DNA of 64,000 nucleotides. It comes from an uncultured Gammaproteobacteria bacterium. Its GTDB lineage: Bacteria; Patescibacteriota; Microgenomatia; Levybacterales; GWA1-39-11. A program made the translations under genes and the position numbers. The stretch spans positions 162,898 through 226,897 of the forward strand of contig CAYRKM010000002.1 of the NCBI GenBank assembly GCA_964425075.1. Reading direction: 5' to 3'. The notes below the pieces were generated by a model that made no database searches, was not told the DNA's origin, and worked only from the letters and a program-made list of their open reading frames with translations. Shown one piece after another: positions 20,057 through 28,690 of the stretch (positions are counted from its first letter, which is position 1; each line of letters starts with the position of its first letter).

Positions 20057-20605
20057 ATGAATTCAAGTCCTTACTTAAAACTAAAACAAATGATTGCAAC
20101 TTGTGACAGAAAGGGCAATATCACGGGGGAAATTGAGAAATGGGAAGCACACAAAAAAGGAATTTTACACCGGGCTTTTACTGTAGCTATTATTTACAAA
20201 GGTAATTTGCTTGTTCAGCACAGAAAACACGTTGCTTTTGACGGGGTTTTGGACGTCACTATCTCTTCCCACCAATTGATGGTAAACGGTAAATTAGAAG
20301 ATACAATCCAGTCAACGCTTAATACTTTAAAACGTGAATGGAATATTTCAAAAAACGACTTGGTAAAACCCTTAAAAAATGAGGGGTTTGTTTATTACAA
20401 GGCAAAGGATAAATTTAGTGAATTTACCGAACATGAGGTTTGTGATCTTTTGGTAGCGGAAATAAAAACATTAAAAGAGCCAAATTTTGAATTCGCTTAC
20501 GGATATTCTCTTGTTATAAAAGAAGAATTAATGCGCAGGAATTCACGTCTATACAAAAATCTCGCTCCATGGGTAAAAGTAATGCTAAAGAAGAATCTTC
20601 TTTAG
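20057..20605 (+). CDS. idi: Type-1 isopentenyl-diphosphate isomerase-like NUDIX-fold protein
   Basis: HKKGILHRAF, YYKA, EHEVC, LAPW; the catalytic Cys position reads TISSH. Confidence 0.7.
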   Translation: MNSSPYLKLKQMIATCDRKGNITGEIEKWEAHKKGILHRAFTVAIIYKGNLLVQHRKHVAFDGVLDVTISSHQLMVNGKLEDTIQSTLNTLKREWNISKNDLVKPLKNEGFVYYKAKDKFSEFTEHEVCDLLVAEIKTLKEPNFEFAYGYSLVIKEELMRRNSRLYKNLAPWVKVMLKKNLL

Positions 20606-21978
20606 TTTGGAAGAACTTTCATTATCAATTTTACATTTTTTCCAAGTAATTTTTCCGCGGCTTTCTCAATGACACTACGGATTTGCTCACTCTTTAGTTT
20701 CTCAGCATGAATTGTAAAAGGAGTTGTAATAACTAAGGTGTCATCTACTATTTGCGCGTCTTTGCACGACTTAAGTAACGCTCCGCCTTGCTTACTATCA
20801 AGATTTACCTCTCCAACTAGTTTTAAAAGTAATTCATTGGTCATGATACTTGAAGCTTCTTTTTTCTGAATTGGTATTTCGGTTGTTGTTTTTGGTGTAT
20901 CTACTACTTGCTCAGATTTTACATCTTCACTCACTACTGTTCCAAGTTCACACCATTTTATGGTAACAAGTTCTAATGGAAGCTGGGGAATTACGGAATA
21001 TTTCAACTCAGAATATGCCTCATTTACCAATTCCAAGATCATACGAAGGTCAGATGGCGTAAAAGGTATGTCTTTCTCGTCACTTGGAATTCTACTACGC
21101 AACATTAAAATACCCCTTAGGTGATCTACAATTCTCTCGATAATCATTTTAAAATCATATCCGTTATCAGATAGCTTTTGAATAATAAGAAGTGCTTCTT
21201 TTGTTTCTTTTTTATGAAGAGATTTAAGATACGAATTTACTTCTTCTTTTATGCTATTTGTTTTATAAAGACTTTCCAATAATTTTGTGTCTATCTTTTC
21301 CCCTTTTGAGGCAAATGAGAGTTCCTCCAGAATTTTTGCTCCATCTCGAAAACTGCCTTCTGACATTTTGAAAATTTCCTCAAGAACACCTTTTTCTACA
21401 GATAATTTTTCTCCTTTTACTATTCGCTCAAGGGAAGAAACAAGTTCTTTTTGTGTTGGTTTTTCGAATTGTACTTGAAAAGTTCGAGATACTACTGTTG
21501 CGGGAAGTTTGTGAAGTTCTGTTGTTGCTAGCACAAAAACCACATGACTTGGCGGCTCCTCTAGTGTTTTTAAAAGGGCATTGAAGGCACCAGTGGAAAG
21601 CATGTGCACCTCGTCAATTATGTAAACTTTTTTGCTAAGCCCGGTGGAGGCAAATTTCACCCTTTCTCGCAGAGTTCGTATCTCATCTACTCCACCATTT
21701 GACGCAGCATCAATTTCCAAAACATCTATGTTTGATCCGTCAGTTATTGATTTGCACACATCACACTTGTTACATGGCTCGATCCCTTTTCTGTTTGGAC
21801 AATTTATGGCTTTTGCCAAAATCCTTGCACTAGAAGTTTTACCAAGTCCTTTAGAGCCCGTAAAAAGCAGAGCATGAGGAAGTTCTTTTGAAGAAAGAAT
21901 GGATGTTAATTTTTCACGAACAGCATCTAAGTCAAGTTCTGAAATTGTTTGAGGACGATATTTACGATAAAAAACCAT
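20602..21978 (-). CDS. dnaX: DNA polymerase III subunit gamma/tau
   Basis: YRKYRP, GLGKTS, EIDAAS, IIDEVHML, NALLKTLEEPP. Confidence 0.97.
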   Translation of the reverse strand: MVFYRKYRPQTISELDLDAVREKLTSILSSKELPHALLFTGSKGLGKTSSARILAKAINCPNRKGIEPCNKCDVCKSITDGSNIDVLEIDAASNGGVDEIRTLRERVKFASTGLSKKVYIIDEVHMLSTGAFNALLKTLEEPPSHVVFVLATTELHKLPATVVSRTFQVQFEKPTQKELVSSLERIVKGEKLSVEKGVLEEIFKMSEGSFRDGAKILEELSFASKGEKIDTKLLESLYKTNSIKEEVNSYLKSLHKKETKEALLIIQKLSDNGYDFKMIIERIVDHLRGILMLRSRIPSDEKDIPFTPSDLRMILELVNEAYSELKYSVIPQLPLELVTIKWCELGTVVSEDVKSEQVVDTPKTTTEIPIQKKEASSIMTNELLLKLVGEVNLDSKQGGALLKSCKDAQIVDDTLVITTPFTIHAEKLKSEQIRSVIEKAAEKLLGKNVKLIMKVLPN

Positions 21979-21981
21979 GAA

Positions 21982-22087
21982 ATGCTAGGATTAGTTATTA
22001 GGAATAGTTGTTAGTTTATACCCTAAAAAGAGAAAAGAATCAAACCACTCTAACTATTCCTGCTCCTGATAACTAATAACTAAAATC
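21982..22087. repeat. Inverted pair of 6-7-bp (N)TTAG / CTAA(N) arrays between ybeY and dnaX
   Basis: GATTAG TTATTAG GAATAG TTGTTAG ... CTAA CTATTC CTGCTC CTGATAA CTAATAA CTAAAAT. Confidence 0.7.
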
Positions 22088-22474
22088 TTACCTGTGATGA
22101 AATCCAAGAAGATGCATGAGACTGTGCTCAACCAGTTCGTTTATCCTATCATCAATTAGCATATTGTCACGAGCGCACTCCTCTACCACTTTCGGGAAAC
22201 ACAAAACTATATCGCCAAGATAAAGTTTGTCGGGCGGCTGCACGGTTATGTCCCCTTCCGTTTGAGAAAAAGAGAGAACATTCGTAGACTTGTCTATGTC
22301 TCGGTATTTTTTATTAAGGGAGCGCATTTTACGAGACCCAATTATCGCAACCGAAACTTCAATTGGCCCATCAACTCGCTGTCTTTCAAGAACCTTATTC
22401 ACTGTCTCCTTAATTTTTTTACGGTTTACTTTATACCTACTTTCTATAAATATAGGGATAGACACAGCACTCAT
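22088..22474 (-). CDS. ybeY: rRNA maturation endoribonuclease YbeY
   Basis: LNKKYR..DKSTNVLSF, LGDI, HSLMHLLGFHH. Confidence 0.93.
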   Translation of the reverse strand: MSAVSIPIFIESRYKVNRKKIKETVNKVLERQRVDGPIEVSVAIIGSRKMRSLNKKYRDIDKSTNVLSFSQTEGDITVQPPDKLYLGDIVLCFPKVVEECARDNMLIDDRINELVEHSLMHLLGFHHR

Positions 22475-22517
22475 ATAAGATTAGTATAGGGATATTCTTG
22501 GCGTTCGTAAATAAGAA

Positions 22518-22700
22518 TTAGTAGTTATTAACTTTCATCTTACGAGCCAATTCTTTTCTAAATTTCTTAGCAAGTGAAGGTTTGAGATGAAATTCTCTTT
22601 TTTTCATCTCATGAATAATTCCCTCAGTCATTACTTTTCTAGAAAATTTTCTTATCATTGCATCAGGACTATCGCCTGGTTGTTTTTTAACAAAAACCAT
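22518..22700 (-). CDS. rpsU: 30S ribosomal protein S21
   Basis: IRKFSRKV...GII.EMKKREFHLKPS; AGGAGG SD. Confidence 0.88.
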   Translation of the reverse strand: MVFVKKQPGDSPDAMIRKFSRKVMTEGIIHEMKKREFHLKPSLAKKFRKELARKMKVNNY

Positions 22701-22875
22701 AAAAAAACACCTCCTTTAGAATACTTTTTCAAACTTTATGAGCTTGAAATCTCGAATACTACGAGATATATAATCATACATTATAGTACAAACTTGGAAA
22801 AAAGAAAACTCCATAATGATTGCTATATCTAGTAAAAAGTGCTAAATTACGCCATACTAAATTAAGCTGGCACTT

Positions 22876-23664
22876 ATGGGAGCTGAAAAACTACCTGGTC
22901 ATAGTTTTCTAAATCAAGAAATAGATAGAAGAACTTTATTTAGGGGTGGGGCAAAAGTTGCAGCTGGACTTGCAACCGCTGCAGCTCTTTATGAAATAGA
23001 CAAACATGGCATAGCATTTGAGCTTCGTCCCCCGGATGAACCCCCATACCCCTTTAGCTTAGATCCTGGTGAGGAAATAATTTTTCCACCCGAATTTGCT
23101 CAAGGACGAGAAATGAGAATAACCAAACCAAAACCAGTTAAAAAAAAGGTCTTCACCCCAAATACACCTAACTATCTGGAGGAGAATCCTCAGGTACTTT
23201 GGGGACACAGGTGGGGCAATAATATTGAGAAAATGAATGAAGGATACGAAATGGGTGTGAGGATGTTTGATATTGACGCTAACATTGCTGACATTGGAGG
23301 CGAAAAAATATTTGCAGAACATGGAGATATAGTTACTTTCTGGGGAAAATTTATTGCAGTTGTCGATTGGAATGAGAGAGAATTACGAATTAGAGGAAAG
23401 CGTCCAAATACTGTTGAAGAGGTAGTGAATAATGCAAAAACACTGCCAGGCAGTTCGGTTACAATTGAGTGCAAAAGAGGAACTTTTACGAAAAGGTGGT
23501 TCAATAAATTGCTAGATATCATAGGAGATATGCCAGGCATAATTCAGGTAAGTACTTTTCAAGAGTTTGAGGTTGTACAAAACCTTATCACGGAAAGAAA
23601 TTCAGAATTTGTAACAGTGGCAATGTCACCAAATGCCCAAGAAGGATTTCAAATGGTAGCCTAA
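22876..23664 (+). CDS. GDPD/PLC-like phosphodiesterase-fold protein with twin-arginine-like leader
   Basis: IDRRTLFRGG plus hydrophobic stretch; WGHR, MFDID, EHGD, TIECK resemble GDPD motifs. Confidence 0.5.
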   Translation: MGAEKLPGHSFLNQEIDRRTLFRGGAKVAAGLATAAALYEIDKHGIAFELRPPDEPPYPFSLDPGEEIIFPPEFAQGREMRITKPKPVKKKVFTPNTPNYLEENPQVLWGHRWGNNIEKMNEGYEMGVRMFDIDANIADIGGEKIFAEHGDIVTFWGKFIAVVDWNERELRIRGKRPNTVEEVVNNAKTLPGSSVTIECKRGTFTKRWFNKLLDIIGDMPGIIQVSTFQEFEVVQNLITERNSEFVTVAMSPNAQEGFQMVA

Positions 23665-23676
23665 AGGATCAATTAA

Positions 23677-25491
23677 CTACGCAGCAAGTTTTGCGTCGAT
23701 TTCAGGTTTGATAATATCAATTGGCCTTTTTTCTGGAATCCAAACACTATCAATTGAAAATAGACCGTATCGGTGAAGCTGCGCAAGCATTTCAGCATTA
23801 ACTCCGGTCAAATAGAATAATTTTTCAAGCTTAGTACCTCTTATTTTTCGAGCTAAAACTTCACCCTCTAAATATTCCAGTGCCCCACTGTTGGTAAGGT
23901 TTCTTGAAGTGTCGTCTGTGTTTCCCCCAGTTCTAAAAAGCCTTAAGGTTCTATCTGTTGCATCTCTTGCAGCCTTCTGTTTATCTCCTCCGGGATTAGT
24001 TTGCATTGAAGAGTCATAAAATGCTTTAAAACAATCCCTAAATGTTCCACCTCTAAGTCTTACTGCCATGGCTTTTAAGTAATCTGTCACCACTGGTCTT
24101 ATCACTCCAAAATCTGTATACAAACAGTCTCTTTCTTTTTCAAGTCCTCCGCTTTCAGCATTAGTACCTGACCTATCCATTCCAACCCTATCAGTAATAG
24201 AAAGATTTTGTCTTTTTTTATTCTCGTGCTGAATTACATGTGTAATTTCATGAACAACTACGGGCACAGTACCAAGCCTTGCTGGTGCTAGAAATCGTGA
24301 AGCTGCAGGATTTTTAACTACTTGTTGCTTATTATCAGCTGCGAAAGAATTTCCTGAAGCGTCCACAACTTGCCATTTTTTATCAGCTGCAACTCCCACC
24401 CTGTCAGGGTCATAATCAGTTTGTGTGCTTAACAAACCATATTCTTTAAGTATTTTCTCAGTCATTTGTCTTCTCTCCTCCGATGTAATTTCCACCTGAC
24501 TGAACTTTGCCTTATCCACACCCTTAAATGTGTAATCACTGGGTGCCTGAACATCCTGACCTCTTTCTAAATCGTTTACTAATCTTATAGCCTGTTCTGA
24601 AAGCTGAGTGTAATTTTTACCATCTTTTACTCCAGCACCTCTAAAATATTTATCGAGTCTTGAGAAATTCTTCTGTGCCCGTCCGGAAGTCAATGCATTA
24701 ACCCCCTTCATTGCTTTCTGTAATCGTGGCAACAATTTAAAATCAACAGTGTGTTTTCGAGTATTTGCCTGAGTGGCATATGCAGCTGCTTCAGGATAAA
24801 GTTCTACCAACATCTCATTAAGTCTTCTTCTTGTCATCTCTACCATTAAGCGATTTGCTGCTGTTAAATTGTCCTCCCCAGTCAAGGTTTGACTGTATTT
24901 CCTAAGAACTGCCTTAAGTTTTCGTAATCCCTCAACTTTCTGTACCAATTTGTCAGGATTTCTTACTATTAGTAGTCTTGTGGGATTCATTACGCCTTCA
25001 GTAGATGCAAAATCCTTTTCTGCAAATTGACCTGCAACAGTTTCCGTTACATAATCCAAGCTAGCTTTTTGTAGCTTATCTGATGTTGGACCATCAATTT
25101 TTGAAACATCATGCTTTAAAAATAAAACCCTTACATCATCAACAGACTTTGCAGAATCAATTACATCCTTTGGTATTCCTGCTTTTACTGCTGCTTCTCT
25201 TCCTTCAGGGGTTAGGAAATATTCAAGATATAGTTGAGTAGTATTTACCTTGATTTCATAAATATTTTCAAGACCGGTTACGGGTTCTGGAGTGTTTATG
25301 CCCAATTTACTCCCTACATTGTCAGATTTTATAAGCACGTCAAGTACACCTCTCGCTTTTTCTTGTTCGGAAGCATTTAGAAGTCTGTCGGGCGGATTAT
25401 TTAGTATTTCTATATCCCTGTCCAGATCAGCCCCTCCTGGTCTTTCCGGATATAATCGTTGTGGTTCTCTTTCTGCGTTCATTTCGGCCAT
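23677..25491 (-). CDS. Large putative zinc metallopeptidase, divergent DUF1704/MATCAP-like C-terminal domain
   Basis: HEITH, AESGG, TFRDCF, RLFRTG, YLEG are colinear with motifs of 46430-47539. Confidence 0.5.
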   Translation of the reverse strand: MAEMNAEREPQRLYPERPGGADLDRDIEILNNPPDRLLNASEQEKARGVLDVLIKSDNVGSKLGINTPEPVTGLENIYEIKVNTTQLYLEYFLTPEGREAAVKAGIPKDVIDSAKSVDDVRVLFLKHDVSKIDGPTSDKLQKASLDYVTETVAGQFAEKDFASTEGVMNPTRLLIVRNPDKLVQKVEGLRKLKAVLRKYSQTLTGEDNLTAANRLMVEMTRRRLNEMLVELYPEAAAYATQANTRKHTVDFKLLPRLQKAMKGVNALTSGRAQKNFSRLDKYFRGAGVKDGKNYTQLSEQAIRLVNDLERGQDVQAPSDYTFKGVDKAKFSQVEITSEERRQMTEKILKEYGLLSTQTDYDPDRVGVAADKKWQVVDASGNSFAADNKQQVVKNPAASRFLAPARLGTVPVVVHEITHVIQHENKKRQNLSITDRVGMDRSGTNAESGGLEKERDCLYTDFGVIRPVVTDYLKAMAVRLRGGTFRDCFKAFYDSSMQTNPGGDKQKAARDATDRTLRLFRTGGNTDDTSRNLTNSGALEYLEGEVLARKIRGTKLEKLFYLTGVNAEMLAQLHRYGLFSIDSVWIPEKRPIDIIKPEIDAKLAA

Positions 25492-25518
25492 ATTATATCA
25501 CAAAACGTATACTCTAGG

Positions 25519-25848
25519 CTAGTTATGTAATTTGTGAGGACCAAAGAGATGAAAATGCAGATGAAAAATATCCTGTGCTCCGCCACCATTTACCTCAATT
25601 TTATACCCTTTTTTATCTAACCCAGTCTTTTCAATTAGATGCTTTATCGCATTTGAAATAGCGATATGAATTTTCTCATCACTAACCTCAAAAAAATCAG
25701 AAATATGCTCTTTTGGAATAATAATTAAATGAACAGGTGCAACTGGATTTATATCATCAAAAGCTAAAATGGTGTCATCCTCGTAAGCAAATTCCTTTGG
25801 AATTTCGCGCCTTGCAATTTTACAAAATATACAGTCTTTATTATCCAT
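25519..25848 (-). CDS. HIT family nucleotide hydrolase (HinT-like)
   Basis: DCIFCKI, FDDINP.APVHLIIIPKEH, HLHFH. Confidence 0.93.
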   Translation of the reverse strand: MDNKDCIFCKIARREIPKEFAYEDDTILAFDDINPVAPVHLIIIPKEHISDFFEVSDEKIHIAISNAIKHLIEKTGLDKKGYKIEVNGGGAQDIFHLHFHLFGPHKLHN

Positions 25849-25868
25849 ATTATTATTTAACCATTTTT

Positions 25869-26279
25869 TTAAATTCTCATTAAGCGTTTCCACCCATTTC
25901 CCTCAAACCGTTCCTTTGCACTTGAAAATGATTTTCTTAACTGGTCTGTCCTATCAGGTAAAATCGTTTCTCCACAATTATAATAAACACAATTATAAGC
26001 TTCCATCATAGAGTCAACATCTGTTTGGGAAAGGGGAATTGAAGCTGAAAATTCTCGGCTATTTTTCAAACTCAAAAATCTATCCATAACTATTGGGGTC
26101 TGAGAATTCCAATATTCTTCAACCTCTTCCTTTCCTCCTAAATAAAAAGTAGGTGCGGTCATTTTTATTTCATGAAACCAAGAAAGAGTATCTCCCCAAA
26201 ATATAACTGCGTCTGTTGTAAGATTCACCAAGAATTGTTTCTCTCTTTGGGAAATATTTCCACCTTCTCGCTCTAGCAT
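25869..26279 (-). CDS. Hypothetical protein
   Basis: ORF between ychF and HIT; start placed after the ychF stop. Confidence 0.5.
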   Translation of the reverse strand: MLEREGGNISQREKQFLVNLTTDAVIFWGDTLSWFHEIKMTAPTFYLGGKEEVEEYWNSQTPIVMDRFLSLKNSREFSASIPLSQTDVDSMMEAYNCVYYNCGETILPDRTDQLRKSFSSAKERFEGNGWKRLMRI

Positions 26280-26283
26280 AATC

Positions 26284-27420
26284 CTATCGTCCGATTTTAA
26301 ATTCAATAACATCCCCATCCTGCACTACATAATCCCTTCCCTCAAGCCGAGCACGTCCTTTGTCTCTTGCACCTTTCCACCCATTCGTCGTCGCTCCACT
26401 CATCATGGCAGGCCCACTTTCTCCTACAAAATCATTATATGACACTACTTCAGCTTTTATGAATTTGTTCATAAAATCGGTATGAATTTCACCACTTGCC
26501 TCAACGGCATTTGAACCCTTTTTTGTAGTCCAGGCTCTGACTTCTTTTTCTCCTGCAGTAAGAAAACTTATCAAACCCAATTTTTCATATGCTTTCTGAA
26601 TTAACCGCTCAAGCCCTGACTTTTGAATTCCCAATTCTTTTAAATATTCCCTAGCGTCATCTTCTCCTAATGAGGCAAGCTCACTTTCGATTTTTGCTGA
26701 AATAACTACAAAGTTTTGGCTATCAATTTCAAGTATCTCTGAAAATTCCTTTATTTTGTTTTTAATTATTTCCTCCGAATAATCCTGCTCAGCAACATTT
26801 AGAACTATTACTTCAGGTTTTGATGTAAGAAGTGACAAGGTTTTTACTACCTCTTGTTCTTTATCATTTAAAACAGCAGTCCTTGCTGTCCTTCCATCGC
26901 TTAAGTGACCCAAAAGTTTCTCAACTGCTGACTTTAGATTTTGATCAAGCCTCAAACTTTTATCATTTATCTTTCCCAATGTATCAAGATCGGCCAATAT
27001 AAGCTCGAGCTGGATAGTTTCATAATCAGATTTTGGGTCAACAGCGCCCTCTTTTATAACATCCTCGTCCTCAAAAGCACGCACAACATGTGCAATTACT
27101 TTTACTTCTCTGATGTGTGACAAGAATTTATTACCAAGTCCTGCTCCCTCTGCTGCGCCTTTTACAATTCCTGCAATATCTACGAATTCCACCATCGCAG
27201 GTTTTTTGGGCGGAAGATCATTCATTCCTACCTCTTCTTTTGTGATTTCTGCCAAGCGGTCAAGTCGCTCGTCCGGAACCGCAACTATCCCAACATTTGG
27301 CTCAATTGTCGCAAAAGGGTAATTTGCAGCCAAAGCTGCCTGTTTTTTAAGCAGTGCATTAAACAATGTAGACTTACCAACATTTGGAAGACCCACAATT
27401 CCAACGCTTAAATTCGCCAT
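26284..27420 (-). CDS. ychF: Redox-regulated ATPase YchF (Obg family)
   Basis: [44 protein letters not shown]. Confidence 0.97.
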   Translation of the reverse strand: MANLSVGIVGLPNVGKSTLFNALLKKQAALAANYPFATIEPNVGIVAVPDERLDRLAEITKEEVGMNDLPPKKPAMVEFVDIAGIVKGAAEGAGLGNKFLSHIREVKVIAHVVRAFEDEDVIKEGAVDPKSDYETIQLELILADLDTLGKINDKSLRLDQNLKSAVEKLLGHLSDGRTARTAVLNDKEQEVVKTLSLLTSKPEVIVLNVAEQDYSEEIIKNKIKEFSEILEIDSQNFVVISAKIESELASLGEDDAREYLKELGIQKSGLERLIQKAYEKLGLISFLTAGEKEVRAWTTKKGSNAVEASGEIHTDFMNKFIKAEVVSYNDFVGESGPAMMSGATTNGWKGARDKGRARLEGRDYVVQDGDVIEFKIGR

Positions 27421-27546
27421 ATCGCAAGATTATACCAAACTTGAACTTGATTCAAAATCAATTAATTACCTGAGTATTTATTCTTAGAATAAATCTGTTC
27501 ACTTTAATTTTGACTTCAGTTCTGATTAGGAGTATAAGAAAGTTAT

Positions 27547-27720
27547 ATGAATAAGTATCTAAAAGCAATTTTACTGCTTCTATTTTATTGGGCAATTGTC
27601 GGAACCGGAATAAGTATTATTTTGCATTTAATTGGATTCGATTTGGGTGGCGTGGGATCTGTAATCGGTTTTGCATTAGGTGTTTACTTTGCAACGACTA
27701 CAATCCGATTAAAAGATTAA
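27547..27720 (+). CDS. Small 2-TM membrane protein (57 aa)
   Basis: Manual translation MNKYLKAILLLLFYWAIVGTGISIILHLIGFDLGGVGSVIGFALGVYFATTTIRLKD; promoter-like TTGACT...TATAAG upstream. Confidence 0.55.
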   Translation: MNKYLKAILLLLFYWAIVGTGISIILHLIGFDLGGVGSVIGFALGVYFATTTIRLKD

Positions 27721-28006
27721 TAATAAATGGGATTATAAAATTATTATTTGGAGGGACAAAAAAATATGGGATTGCTTGTACTATCTGTAAAACTAGAGGA
27801 TTGATATTCAAAAAAGACAGTCACATAAAGGATTTTTTTTGAAATGTTTGGTAAAACACAGAATGGTAGTATAGAAATTAAGAGAATGTCCAAATTGCCA
27901 TTATCCACTTTCATATGACCCTAGCAAAACCAGTATCATCCTTGTCAATAAAAAATCAAAAAGTTTTTTTGACATTGCATCCGTATTATTTTATTCTGGA
28001 AGAGAC

Positions 28007-28465
28007 ATGAATTTATTTAGCCGAAGTTACGTAAAATATGGCCTTGTGATGGCTGGGGTCACTATCATTTGTCTTCTTTTGATGGAGATAACAGGGCAAA
28101 ATGAAAGCTTTGACAAATCCCCTATTGCAACTTTCTTTATATTTATTGCTCCGCTTATTGTTTGGTTTTTTGGAATCCGCGCTAAGAAAAAGAAATTGAA
28201 AAACAAATTGACCTTCAAAAAAGGTCTTGCTGAGGGATTTAGAATTTCTCTTGCTTATGCAATTATTTCACCTTTTATTTTTCTAATATATTATCTTGTG
28301 ATTAATCCAGATATTCTTACGTATGTAGGGCAAACTTATGGACTTCAAACCACATCAAAAGTATTGATAGTCTTAGTTGATATGATTGCGCAATTCATTG
28401 GTGCTATTGTTTTTGGAACAATTTATGCGGCCATTATCTCCTTTGCTCTAAAGTCAAAAAAATAG
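28007..28465 (+). CDS. DUF4199-like membrane protein
   Basis: KYGL, LTFKKGL..G, YYLVINPD, IISFALK pattern; 4 TM. Confidence 0.7.
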   Translation: MNLFSRSYVKYGLVMAGVTIICLLLMEITGQNESFDKSPIATFFIFIAPLIVWFFGIRAKKKKLKNKLTFKKGLAEGFRISLAYAIISPFIFLIYYLVINPDILTYVGQTYGLQTTSKVLIVLVDMIAQFIGAIVFGTIYAAIISFALKSKK

Positions 28466-28521
28466 CTTATATTTAATTTTTCTTATTCTCATCATAATTT
28501 TATGGTAGAATATCCCATATT

Positions 28522-28686
28522 ATGTTAGGCGGGAACATATTTGGAACATCTGCTTTTTTATTCTTGGGAAATTCTTCATTGAGTCAAACCCTTGGGAATA
28601 TTCTGATGTTTTTGGCAATATTCTCTGGAATTGTTGTCATTACAAGTTTTATCACTACTCGCTTGCTTAAAACCCTTGTTCGCTAA
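28522..28686 (+). CDS. Small membrane protein (54 aa) coupled to the GT2 gene
   Basis: MLGGNIFGTSAFLFLGNSSLSQTLGNILMFLAIFSGIVVITSFITTRLLKTLVR; stop 4 nt before the GT2 ATG. Confidence 0.5.
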   Translation: MLGGNIFGTSAFLFLGNSSLSQTLGNILMFLAIFSGIVVITSFITTRLLKTLVR

Positions 28687-28690
28687 TTCT

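Noticed and set aside
27727-27960. Possible decayed zinc-finger gene (CTIC and CPNC in different frames)
   Set aside because: Would need several frameshifts and stops; too little support to call a pseudogene by eye.
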